A DNA stretch of 64,000 nucleotides from a virus. Shown one piece after another: positions 20,063 through 30,013 of this stretch. The DNA lies in the IMG/VR virus record IMGVR_UViG_3300021448_000142. One strand, written 5' to 3'. A program made the translations under genes and the position numbers. Each line of letters opens with the position of its first letter. The first letter of the stretch is position 1. Below the pieces are notes generated by a model that searched no databases, was not told where the DNA came from, and was given only the letters and a program-made list of their open reading frames with translations.

Positions 20063-20377
20063 ATGAATGACCAATACCCTTACGTTCGGAACATAGAAAT
20101 TGTTAGGTGTGATGGTCGAAAAGACCGAAAAGTCAAGTCGGTTAAAATGACCATTTATACTGCTTATAATTCTGAGGAACCGCATTTAATTACTTTTGTC
20201 GGGTCTACTGATGATGTTGAAGTGAAGTGGCATAATAGAGACTATGGAAAAAGTGTTCCCAGTCAAATTGATGAAATTGTAGACGATGTGAAAACCGCAC
20301 TCGAATTAGCGAGAAAGGAACTACAGGTTTTGCATTTGCATAATATTAAAAAGTGGAAAACTGACGATTATGATTAA
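20063..20377 (+). CDS. Hypothetical protein
   Basis: Coupled ORF. Confidence 0.6.
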   Translation: MNDQYPYVRNIEIVRCDGRKDRKVKSVKMTIYTAYNSEEPHLITFVGSTDDVEVKWHNRDYGKSVPSQIDEIVDDVKTALELARKELQVLHLHNIKKWKTDDYD

Positions 20378-20615
20378 TGTAACAATTCGGGTAAATGGGG
20401 GAAAGTTGCTGGAGTTGTATGTTGTTTATCAAGATAAAGAAGACCCCGCCGGATTTCAAAAGCATAATGTGTATTCTGATGGGAGTTGGGACGAACCCAT
20501 TACAGTCGTATGGCATGACAGAAGTGAGGGGAGAACGGGACTTGTACGGGAAGTTATGGCAAAAATTGACGAAGATGAATTGGTATCAGAGGTGAAGGCC
20601 GGCACGGGTTTCTGA
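20370..20615 (+). CDS. Hypothetical protein
   Basis: Coupled ORF. Confidence 0.6.
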   Translation: MINVTIRVNGGKLLELYVVYQDKEDPAGFQKHNVYSDGSWDEPITVVWHDRSEGRTGLVREVMAKIDEDELVSEVKAGTGF

Positions 20616-20674
20616 AGTGGATAGCACGTAAAGAAAGATTTAAGTTCTTTCTTTGTGAATAGACGAAATGCAGT

Positions 20675-21277
20675 ATGAATTCCAAAACAAAGGGAAGACC
20701 GTGGGGACTAATTCTCGGTGTCGGATTACTGCTTTTAGTAGTGATTGGCATCATCATGTGGATATGGTTTCCGCATGTCTTCATCGGTGAAGAGCGGGAT
20801 GCAGGCCGGGATATTGTAGAGCAAACATACGATTCTGGTAATGCATTAGAGACATATGAAGAATTTCGCCGTTTATATAACGAGATTGAAGCCCAACGGC
20901 AGGAAGTACAGAACTTCTATGCAGAAGAAGAACAGTTCCATGAAACATATGGTAATGACCCAAACGATTGGAGTAGGCAGGCAGAAAGTAGGCATGGCGA
21001 TATTCATACCCGGATTGCCGGCGCTCAAAACCAGTTAGAACAACTGGTTGCTGAGTATAATACGATGACGGATAACGCACATGAAGCTGTGTTCCAATGT
21101 CATTTGCCGTGGAAAGTCGATGAACGGTTTGGAATTAATGGCCCACCGGGTTCAGGTTCCAATGATGAGCCTGTTGATGTTGGACCAGATGGTGGGGCTG
21201 TTGATAGTGATAGTGATATTCCACCCGGAGAACAGTGCGATGGACTTCCAGAAGAAATTCCACAAGGTAACTCATGA
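20675..21277 (+). CDS. Membrane-anchored helical protein
   Basis: N-terminal TM segment, amphipathic/coiled-coil core, Pro/Gly/Asp-rich tail with two Cys. Confidence 0.7.
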   Translation: MNSKTKGRPWGLILGVGLLLLVVIGIIMWIWFPHVFIGEERDAGRDIVEQTYDSGNALETYEEFRRLYNEIEAQRQEVQNFYAEEEQFHETYGNDPNDWSRQAESRHGDIHTRIAGAQNQLEQLVAEYNTMTDNAHEAVFQCHLPWKVDERFGINGPPGSGSNDEPVDVGPDGGAVDSDSDIPPGEQCDGLPEEIPQGNS

Positions 21278-21936
21278 ATAAGAACATGAAACTCATTCTG
21301 ATTGTCGTAGGTATAGCATTCACAGTAGCAATGGCCGGTTGTTTAGACAATTTGGAAAACCAAAACGATGGGCCTGATGGTGGAGAAATTGAATCTCAGA
21401 CAAATGTTAATTTGACTGGTGAAATAGGCGAATCGTATTGGTTTGAAGTGAGAGCAACGGAAAAAAATCAACACGGATTAGTTGAAGCACAGCCCCCGTT
21501 TGAATTGGATTACTCATTGGAAAGGCAAAATTTGATTGAGCGGTATCAGCACTTAAACGACCGAAATAATGTTCATCACGTTTATTTGCTGTCGATGGAC
21601 GGAAAAGTTGTATCGTATTATACTGCGCAAGGTAAGGTTAGTTCCGTCAACAGCAAGCTGACGAACGACCGGCAAATTGTGCATGTTTCCGGATGCGGTT
21701 TTGATGGTGGGAATGGTGCTGGTGGTTCAAAAGGTCCATGTTATAAGACTGTTGAATCTCCGCAGATGGACGGAAGTTATGGGGAAAATGGTGATGCAGT
21801 CTTTTTCTTCACAACTTCCGGGGAATATGTTGAATGGAATGGGTGGTATTTGGTCAGTGAGGAACCCAAAAACATTCAGACACAGGTGACCCTTGTTGAA
21901 GATGTTGGCGAAGATGATTCTGACGAAGACGAATAG
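21274..21936 (+). CDS. Putative lipoprotein
   Basis: Signal peptide ending in a lipobox-like AMAGC; GKVSSVNSKLT and DGSYGENGDAVFFFT...VEWNG resemble a phage lipoprotein family (from memory, not searched). Confidence 0.7.
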   Translation: MNKNMKLILIVVGIAFTVAMAGCLDNLENQNDGPDGGEIESQTNVNLTGEIGESYWFEVRATEKNQHGLVEAQPPFELDYSLERQNLIERYQHLNDRNNVHHVYLLSMDGKVVSYYTAQGKVSSVNSKLTNDRQIVHVSGCGFDGGNGAGGSKGPCYKTVESPQMDGSYGENGDAVFFFTTSGEYVEWNGWYLVSEEPKNIQTQVTLVEDVGEDDSDEDE

Positions 21937-21972
21937 AAACGCTTAAGTTATTTTGTTTTCTATTTTCTTTGT

Positions 21973-22461
21973 ATGGTAACAAGGAGAGAAGCAATTATTG
22001 GAGTTGGAAGTGCATTCGGTGCATTCGGTGTTGTCGGTGGGTATGGAATTGCTTCTAATAATAAGGAGAACCGAGGTGTCCGGGGGAACACACAACAAGA
22101 AAGCATTGATTTGGATAAGACAAATGCTAATGTTCGAGAGCTATATCCCGTTGCTATGGCGTTTGATAAATGGTTTGAAGACAGACCATATGAAGCACAG
22201 GTGCTATTGAAATCTGACTCCGATGAACTTAGTGTTGAATTGTCTAATGTACAGTCAGAAAGTGGAGATACTGTCCGAAAAACAATTGATAATATTGCTA
22301 TTTCGTTTGGCGACATTCTTAAAGAATATGATGTTGAGGCTCCCACTTTGACAGTAATAGTTGGTACGGTCAATGCAATCGTACCTGCTCCGGCGTTGGA
22401 GGCATATTCCAACGGAAACTTAGAAGAAGACGCTCTTACTGAAACAATAGGGATATTATGA
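21973..22461 (+). CDS. Exported/anchored protein with twin-arginine-like N-terminus
   Basis: MVTRREAIIG followed by a hydrophobic helix. Confidence 0.6.
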   Translation: MVTRREAIIGVGSAFGAFGVVGGYGIASNNKENRGVRGNTQQESIDLDKTNANVRELYPVAMAFDKWFEDRPYEAQVLLKSDSDELSVELSNVQSESGDTVRKTIDNIAISFGDILKEYDVEAPTLTVIVGTVNAIVPAPALEAYSNGNLEEDALTETIGIL

Positions 22462-22823
22462 GTTTAACAGCCCAGGAAAAGGCAAGAACGGAAGCGAGAC
22501 AGGTTGATTCTATGGAGACAGTAAGATGTGGGTTCTGTGGCAATGAAACGATGCGAGAGGCAACTGTGGATGTTTTGGCGGGCGAAGAGATTGGAACGTG
22601 GAATAAAGGCGACTTTGAACCACACATAATGGTTGCTGGTATTGATGCTCCATTGCCCGAAAAAGAGCAATGGTGTGTGACATGTGCTGAAAACTGGTTC
22701 GGAGTCTCGAAATCGGCTGGGGAGAGGCAGATTGAACGAGTAAAGACGGTATTGACTGCATCGAATATTAAATCGGCATTGGCTGGGGCAATGTTCATGT
22801 TTATTGTGTTGTTAATTCTATAA
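22458..22823 (+). CDS. Zinc-finger protein with C-terminal TM anchor
   Basis: CGFCG...WCVTC; hydrophobic C-terminus. Confidence 0.65.
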   Translation: MSLTAQEKARTEARQVDSMETVRCGFCGNETMREATVDVLAGEEIGTWNKGDFEPHIMVAGIDAPLPEKEQWCVTCAENWFGVSKSAGERQIERVKTVLTASNIKSALAGAMFMFIVLLIL

Positions 22824-22825
22824 AT

Positions 22826-23185
22826 ATGCAAGATTATGAATATATCTCCGAAATTTTGGAGATGAAGGTTATAAAAATACAAGAAGACCCAACAATGGAA
22901 TTAACAGAAATAAGTGTTTCTTTAGATTTGTGGGAATACCTTTTTGATTCAGGGAAAGGAGAATTAACTGATGATGCTCTTTTTGTTTTCGGGAAAAGAG
23001 CAAAGGTGAGTGCAAATTTTCATACTGGTAGAGAACAATCTGCCCTGCCTTATGACATAGATTGTAGAAAGGATGACCGGCCTGATTTATGTAACGATTG
23101 TCATTCATATCTGTTTTTGAATGAAACCACACAGGAAAAATATTGTCCGAAGTGTTCCTACAGCGGCGGAAGACGACTAAAATAA
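22826..23185 (+). CDS. Hypothetical protein with C-terminal zinc ribbon
   Basis: CNDC...YCPKC. Confidence 0.6.
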   Translation: MQDYEYISEILEMKVIKIQEDPTMELTEISVSLDLWEYLFDSGKGELTDDALFVFGKRAKVSANFHTGREQSALPYDIDCRKDDRPDLCNDCHSYLFLNETTQEKYCPKCSYSGGRRLK

Positions 23186-23550
23186 CGATTCGTGCAGGTT
23201 CCGGTTCCAGAAAAATGGGTGGGAGGGGTCAACCAAATTAAATCGTCAATGATAGGTCTTTTTGCCCGGGAGAAATGATGCACACGTACAGATGAGGCGA
23301 GGTGTTCATTATTTGGAATACTTCATTGGAACTTCAATGGAATGGAGCATAATGGGAGATAATGAATCCAGTGGGGTGTAGCCAAATATAAACAATTGAT
23401 GGGCGTGATGGAATACAACTGAAGGTCAATATCTCTGAGTGCAGTGTAACATAGTACGAAACTTGTGTATAAAGAAGTTTCGAGTAGTGTTATTCCATTT
23501 CTCCGAAACACAATAGTTTTATGTAGCCGTTCCGAACGTGTTAACGTAGT

Positions 23551-24060
23551 ATGACGGAGAAAAATCTTGAACTTGGACAGAAGGTACAGGACCAGATTAG
23601 TGGATTCGCTGGAATCGTGACGCTTATCGGAGAACACATTTCCGGTTGTGAACGAATCGGTGTATATTCCGTGGGAGAAGAGCATTCAGATAGGCGCGGA
23701 GAACAGGAATTCTTCTACGGGGAGCAGTTGGATGTTTTGGAAGCTGAAACAGAATTCACGGAGCGTATGAATCCACGGACGGAAAGCGAAGTGGGTGTTG
23801 GTGATTTGGTGAACGATAAAGTAACGGGGCTCGGTGGAGTTGCTGTTGTCATAAATTATAAACTCTTCAATTGCCCGTCTGTCTGTGTGCAACCGTCTGG
23901 AGATAGTCAGACCGAGAATCCCGATAGTAAGTGGGTTGATGATGTTCGTCTTACTGTTCGTTCTTCACACAATTATAGTTTCGACGGTTTAAATGATGCA
24001 ACAACTGAAGAGACTGGTAGTGTTGGGAGAGATAGAAGTCCACGCGATTATTCCCGGTAA
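23551..24060 (+). CDS. Hypothetical protein with two tandem SH3-like repeats
   Basis: LGQKVQDQISGFAGIV...C and VGDLVNDKVTGLGGVA...C are an internal duplication. Confidence 0.7.
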   Translation: MTEKNLELGQKVQDQISGFAGIVTLIGEHISGCERIGVYSVGEEHSDRRGEQEFFYGEQLDVLEAETEFTERMNPRTESEVGVGDLVNDKVTGLGGVAVVINYKLFNCPSVCVQPSGDSQTENPDSKWVDDVRLTVRSSHNYSFDGLNDATTEETGSVGRDRSPRDYSR

Positions 24061-24077
24061 ATTATAAATAGAGTAAG

Positions 24078-24422
24078 ATGGGGGTTTTGGAATTAATTTT
24101 TACTGAAGTCGGTTGGGCACGGCAAAGTGGGTTTGAATGCGAGAGGATATTGGTTGAACACAATTTTCTTTCTCAGTTGGAATGGGAAATAAAAAACAAT
24201 GCCCATGTAGAAACTGGTGGGGTAGACGAATTTTTTATATTGAACGTGCCGGGGGAGGGCGAGATTTCTGTATGTCCGATTGGTCCGATAATTCCGTCAC
24301 AAACACGGGGTATTATTGGTTCATATCCAATTGAGTTGGGCGCTTTGCATTGTAGAAGGTGCGATTCGCCCCCTTTTGAAACACAAAATGGAGAAATCTA
24401 TTGTCCTGCTTGTGCAAAATAA
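24078..24422 (+). CDS. Hypothetical protein with C-terminal zinc ribbon
   Basis: CRRC...YCPAC. Confidence 0.55.
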   Translation: MGVLELIFTEVGWARQSGFECERILVEHNFLSQLEWEIKNNAHVETGGVDEFFILNVPGEGEISVCPIGPIIPSQTRGIIGSYPIELGALHCRRCDSPPFETQNGEIYCPACAK

Positions 24423-24736
24423 CCTTTTTATTTTGCATTGGTCTTTCGGGAGCAACAATAGAATGAATTCAACCGTCAAAGTATTTTCGGGGGTTCAGAC
24501 CGGAATTTTAGTCGGCGTTTCAGGGCCTCTACCGGCCAATTAGTTTTTGAGGGGCAAAACATTGCTCTAAACCCCCCAAACTTTTCTAAATCACAATGCT
24601 TTTCTGTAACTTTCTCCAATGGATTTTGTATGTTGAGAGTAGATGAACACTTGGCCAAAGTGAATATTGCGCCTCATCTCACGGTGAATGGGCCACAATA
24701 TGAGTTTGAATGCATTTATCGTTGTCAGTGGAAATT

Positions 24737-25495
24737 ATGATGGAAAGAGACGACAGACAGCTTCATTCATTTCTTATTTCGGGCGATAATGAATTGAGTA
24801 CGGGGGCATTGGAAATCCCCAAAATTCGTGCGCATATAGATGAATTACCAGAGACTGCAACGACATTCCGGGTGACTGACGTGCCTGATATAACACCAAG
24901 TCAGATTTCAACAGTCCATATGGAGTTTGTTGGCTCGTGGCCTGTTCCTGAAAGATACCTTAAGCGTGGGCAACGCGCCCGAAGATTCGTCAATCCGTAT
25001 GCGTGCCATGCTTCTTCATATACTGATATTATTGTCTCCTGTGAGTGTGGCGCGACAATGAATCGTATGTATTCTGATGGGGATAGTGTGCTGGACAGTG
25101 AACATGAACATACAGATGGGTGTCTCCCCCAGTATCTTTGTCGCGCCCAAACTCATATACATGAATCCCGGTACGAATTGGTTCAACGGCTATCTGAGTT
25201 GGGACTTCGGGGACCAGAAATCGCGCCACGTTTGGGAATACGAAAGCGAGATATGGGCAGTCTTATTCAGGAGTATAATCTAACGATGACTGCACTTCGC
25301 AAACGGTATCGGGATATCGCTGGTGCAACATATGCATTTCTCGTTCGAGAGCATGGTGAACATGGCCCCACAGTTGCAGATGTGTATGGACATAGCCAGT
25401 CTACACTTTCCAAGTGGGCAACAGCACAATCAGTCTTTGAACCAACACGTGAATTAGTCCAAAATGACCAGACTGGCATATACGAGTGGGCGTAA
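24737..25495 (+). CDS. Putative DNA-binding protein (Cys/His cluster plus two HTH-like segments)
   Basis: CECG..EHEH..GC; GPEIAPRLGIRKRDMGSLI and GPTVADVYGHSQSTLSKW resemble HTH motifs. Start taken at ATG 24737. Confidence 0.55.
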   Translation: MMERDDRQLHSFLISGDNELSTGALEIPKIRAHIDELPETATTFRVTDVPDITPSQISTVHMEFVGSWPVPERYLKRGQRARRFVNPYACHASSYTDIIVSCECGATMNRMYSDGDSVLDSEHEHTDGCLPQYLCRAQTHIHESRYELVQRLSELGLRGPEIAPRLGIRKRDMGSLIQEYNLTMTALRKRYRDIAGATYAFLVREHGEHGPTVADVYGHSQSTLSKWATAQSVFEPTRELVQNDQTGIYEWA

Positions 25496-25499
25496 TACT

Positions 25500-27560
25500 G
25501 ATTACAGTGAAAAAGTATGCAAATCTCTCCGGATATGTGGCCTGGAATGATTGATTGTGAGTGAATAAATGGGGGGTATGGGAATACAAAGGGAAGAAAG
25601 AGGGAACATATTATGGAGAAAACACGTTTGAAAGAAGAAAGATGTATACAAAGATAATGTGGAAACGTAGTATTTGGGGGGAGAAAGATGTACACAAGAC
25701 AGGATGATATGGTATGGATATAATAAAAAGAAATGTGTTCCATCGTGTACAATTGGAATGGTCTTTAGAAAGAACACTGGGGAGAAAAAGTGGTCATAGG
25801 TGCAATGGTCTTGAGGAGAGGGCAATGGTCTTTACAAATGTGTTCGGGGGGAATTTCTTTTACAAAAATATGTATGTGAAAATTGGTGGTGATTTAAGTA
25901 TAATATAACAAGACTTTCTTGCTCGAAAGAATAAAAATCATGATTGGAATTTCAATTGAAAGTTCGGCTTGAACTGTCGATTTAGTTTTTGGATTTATTA
26001 GGCTGGAAGAAAAACAATTGGGCTTTTCTTGGAAAAATTTCTGAAGATTTTCTAAGACTCTCAAGCATGAATTTCTGAAACAAATTTTCAATAGTATGCG
26101 GTATTTTTGAATTTTCTACAGATTTTTCAGACAATTTTGAACACTTGTTTTTCTTCTGAGCTAATTCTATTGAATGTTAATTTGACTGTTTTCGTCCAAT
26201 TGTTCAAACTCTCTCAAATCAACTCAAAGCTTCTCTGATATCATATACACATCTAAGAACCATTATTTGTGAGTCTGATATCACAGCATTATCACACAGG
26301 AATGTGGGCATACGTTCAATATGTAAGTTTATTTCACGATAATTTTACTGAAAAAGGGGCAAGGCTAGGGGATTTGGGCTTTTCCGTCGCTAATATTCCC
26401 AAAAATACCCCAATTATCACCCTTTCACATCAACTAACTAACATATCCCCCACTGAGTACCATAACAATAGGAATGTATAGAAAAACAATTATTTCCAAA
26501 ACAAACAAACAGTGATTATGACTATTTTTGTTCGATTGTCCAAAGAATCGCTCTTTTCCTGTATATCTGTACGTTAAGCGGTTTTAATAGCCTGTATCCC
26601 GGTCCAATACATGAACGGAATGTGATATGGAGGCATATCAGAAAATTGAGTATGGGGTTTGATTCACTATGAAAGAGACTAATTTAATCAGTATGTGTCT
26701 CTGGAAAAAGAATACTGCAAATCCCCATACAGCGCATGGATTCTAGGGCATAGTATCATACTAGTGAAATGGAAGTGCGGTTATTGGGAATCTCCCCGGT
26801 CGAAGTGTGGGGGTGACAGGCAAAAATCCGGATTGTAGAATCCCCATACGGCGGCGCTTTTGACAGAAAATATATGCAAATTACGAATTTCGTAAGCCAT
26901 CAGATTTCCGAGATACCCCCCACATTCCCATGCTAAATTTTTTGATATGGGGCAAACATAACCAGTATGCATAATAGACGCCTATTTGATTTATATCGCG
27001 TATATACGTCGCAGTAATTAAAAAAGGTATGGATATTAACAGACTTATTATTGTGAGTTATAGATTCGCGTGAAAATATTATTTGCCCCCTCCCAAAATA
27101 TGCATTGTGTGTATTATCGACTGTTAAAATATTACTGGTGCTATTGCCAGCCACACCACAAAGTATATATACAAAAAGTCACCCACCTCGCTTACCTTGG
27201 GTAAGTCCCCATTTATTTTAACGCCTGAAATTCAGAAAATAAGAACAAATGTAAAATGCGATTTTTCAGAATTTGCTATATTTGAAAACAAATGTCCACA
27301 AATTGCGCCCAAATATTTCGTATTGTTTTCCAACCCCCAATTAGTTTGTACGCGCAGTCACTTTTGAAAATTATACTAATATTTTTGATGTAAATCACCA
27401 TACTGCGTCGGTGTGGGGTTTGTGTTGCCGGTACCAAAAACCTTTAAGTGAATACCCCGAATTTCCGGTAATACAGATGATGTTTTGAATACTATTTTAT
27501 ACATAGGCGGCTTATATGTGCCTTTTACTGTATTTAAAGATGTGACAGAATTCTTCAGAT
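25500..27560. other. Long AT-rich non-coding region with short repeats (candidate genome terminus/origin region)
   Basis: No credible ORF. AATGGTCTT x3 (25757, 25804, 25824), GAAAGATGTA x2 (25637, 25683), CCCCATAC direct x2 (26723, 26842) and inverted (26650). Confidence 0.5.
27441..27450 (+). promoter_or_regulatory. TATA box
   Basis: A-rich BRE-like run (CCAAAAA) then CCTTTAAGTG. Confidence 0.5.
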
Positions 27561-27563
27561 AGA

Positions 27564-27571
27564 TTTAAGTG
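27564..27571 (+). promoter_or_regulatory. TATA box upstream of the candidate ncRNA
   Basis: TTTAAGTG, the same core as at 27443 and 29508. Confidence 0.5.
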
Positions 27572-27589
27572 ATAATCGCGCGTGTGTTA

Positions 27590-28560
27590 AAACATGGTCT
27601 AACACAGCAGGCCCACACACTCAAAATCCCCTTCCCCCGAGACGCACCTCGGGGGCCACGAAAAATGAACGGGGGCATAACATATCAGTAATCCCACAAG
27701 AGACTGCGAACGGGGCTAACAGCTCCAAGGTCTAGCGAGGGGGCAAAAGACTCTCAAAATCGCATGATGGGCGAGCGATGAAAGCTAGGAGCTAATGACC
27801 GCATGGCAACCTGTTAAAATGGGCACAAACTCAGGGATGATGGCAGCACAAATACTCAAAATCTGATAAGTCTCATACCTAAATGAAAGGGAACGGTCAA
27901 AGTACCTGAAATTTTAAATGTCAAACTATCGGAAACTATCAGACAGTAGATAAATAGCTAACGCTCTCGCTCGCCGGCTGTGAGTCTTTTGGGCATTTGA
28001 GTATCATGTTAAAATCATGATATGAAGCCCAAAACACAATGACCAGTCCCCTGCACACCAATGGGTTTTTAGGCGTGCCGACCGAGAAAATATAATTGTT
28101 TTGACGATGAAATTATGTCACTTGACTGTTGACTGACACAAGCAAAAACCGTTAAAATCCGAAAACGGGATAAGAACATGTCCGAAACGAGAGAATTAGG
28201 ATAACGGGAATTAAGCCCTAAAACCCTCAATATCGGAAAAAAGCGGGAGTATTAATCAACAGTCTGGAAATTTGGAGTGTAGCGTCAAAAACAATGACAA
28301 ATCGGGAATGACAGATTAGTTATCTGTCGTTTAGGTGAAATACTCAAGAGTACCGAGTTAATGTCATTGGGGCTACATGTAACCCAGCTTTAAAGACCAA
28401 AACGGGGACACATACCGTTTTGGGCTACTGGGGCGTAGGTACAAAAAGTGATAAGAAAAATCTGAAACCGCCAAAAACAGCAATAGCGGACCGGGAATCG
28501 GCTTAAACGGAAGATTTGAAAACATAATCCAAATTACATAATCGAGTCAAAACTCGGAAC
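27590..28560 (+). ncRNA. Candidate large structured non-coding RNA (about 1 kb), family unassigned
   Basis: No ORF of 60 aa or more on the + strand. More than 12 perfect helices of 6-9 bp, including long-range pairs, with A-rich linkers. Boundaries approximate. Confidence 0.6.
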
Positions 28561-28626
28561 ATATCGGGAAGCCTCAATAAATGCGAGCGAAAACTCAGAA
28601 AAACTAACCTGTCAAAATATTTTGTT

Positions 28627-28776
28627 ATGGATGACCATAACACCCAGACACGGGGATGGAAGAGCATGAGCGCAGAACCAGCACCGGTTAGCGATTGCAT
28701 TTTTGAGATTGAAAAATTGCGGAAAAAATATGGTGATGTGGTTTTTGAGGCATCAATCGAACAGATATCACAATAA
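28627..28776 (+). CDS. Small hypothetical protein (49 aa, read manually)
   Basis: Open frame with plausible composition. Confidence 0.4.
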   Translation: MDDHNTQTRGWKSMSAEPAPVSDCIFEIEKLRKKYGDVVFEASIEQISQ

Positions 28777-28843
28777 GACCAAGCAAACATCTAATTATTT
28801 TGGCAAGGGTCAAACCCCGAGCCATGCAGAGGTTATCAAAGCC

Positions 28844-28963
28844 ATGAGTCAAAAAAACAACACTGACCTAGCCGCAAAGTTGTCAACCAAAACCCCCTGT
28901 TTTAATTGTGGTAATTATACTGACAGTTACGGCAATTGCCCCAATTGCTCGGCAAGCAACTGA
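28844..28963 (+). CDS. Small zinc-finger protein
   Basis: CFNCG...CPNC; ATG at 28844. Confidence 0.5.
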   Translation: MSQKNNTDLAAKLSTKTPCFNCGNYTDSYGNCPNCSASN

Positions 28964-29051
28964 TTTAATTTAAGAATATATCTACTGAATTTTGGGGATT
29001 GTTAACTCAATCCCCCGACAATCCCCAAAGTCGTTAAAAATAGGTCGAACA

Positions 29052-29360
29052 ATGGCAGAACTAGAAATCCAAGGCAAAAGTATCGAGATGGAAACATATA
29101 CCCACGGCACTAAAGATTTTGTAGCTAAGATTGCATTTAATACCCCCGAGAGTGTCGACAGTGATAAATGTCGAGTTCTATATGATATCCATCTGGGCAA
29201 CGGCAAACGTTCAGAATTTACATTCGACAGAGTAGAGTCTGAAATTAACGAATATCTAAATGAAAACTGGGAAGATATAGAAATTGAGGAATTTTTGAGC
29301 ATTGAGATTTACGAAAAAAAGAAAATCAAAAGAAGACCATACGGCAATTACGAGTATTGA
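29052..29360 (+). CDS. Hypothetical cassette protein
   Basis: ATG follows the hairpin element; acidic. Confidence 0.65.
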   Translation: MAELEIQGKSIEMETYTHGTKDFVAKIAFNTPESVDSDKCRVLYDIHLGNGKRSEFTFDRVESEINEYLNENWEDIEIEEFLSIEIYEKKKIKRRPYGNYEY

Positions 29361-29506
29361 CGAATAATTGACAAAAACTTAATTTTGTAGTGGTTTTACC
29401 ACAAATTGCTACAAATGTCCAAAGATGGGCAAATATGGACAAATGTGATAAATCATGTTTGTCCATGATAAATCATGCAATCCAACCATCAATATCGTCA
29501 TCCCTC

Positions 29507-29522
29507 TTTTAAGTGGGGTATG
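29507..29522 (+). promoter_or_regulatory. TATA box with adjacent GGGGTATG motif
   Basis: TTTTAAGT followed immediately by GGGGTATG. Confidence 0.45.
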
Positions 29523-29715
29523 ATATTCGGCAAGTGGCAAATTCCCGACATATTTCCGGATATATCAAAAAATTAAGAGAAAAAATTTCTTAAAAAATCA
29601 AAAATTGGCCGGGGGATTGCGTAAAATATCCCGCATGGTTTAGGGGATATGGGTTAATTTTCTCAGCATTTAGCTGAGTGAGACTTAAAACTCATAAAAA
29701 TTGAAAGGTTAAACC

Positions 29716-29967
29716 ATGAGCATGACAGAAAAAGAAAACGAAAGCGAAAAACGCAAGGAATTGTCAGACAAACTTATTTATTCGGAGAAAAGAATTATTG
29801 TTAATTACGACTTGAATAAATTTAATAATTTTAAAGTCTTGTGTGGTGATGAATATGGAGCGTTTCATATTTCCGATTGGGAAATTGAAATTATCGAAAG
29901 GAGAACAAGTAAAAGTCTTTCGGAAATAAATTGGATTCCTGACGGATTTGTTGTAAAGTTCGATTGA
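29716..29967 (+). CDS. Hypothetical cassette protein
   Basis: ORF track; typical composition. Confidence 0.6.
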   Translation: MSMTEKENESEKRKELSDKLIYSEKRIIVNYDLNKFNNFKVLCGDEYGAFHISDWEIEIIERRTSKSLSEINWIPDGFVVKFD

Positions 29968-30013
29968 TTGAAAATATCAATATTTTGTAGGGGCCTTAGG
30001 CCCCGATGATAAA

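Noticed and set aside
27690-27700. ncRNA segment AATCCCACA complementary to TGTGGGATT in the element at 39471
   Set aside because: A 9-nt match to one element is expected by chance and is not evidence of guide-like targeting.
27590-28560. Assignment of the structured region to RNase P, SRP, tmRNA or a group I/II intron
   Set aside because: I could not find the hallmark motifs (RNase P GAGGAAAGUCC, group II domain V, tRNA-like ends), and there is no interrupted host gene.
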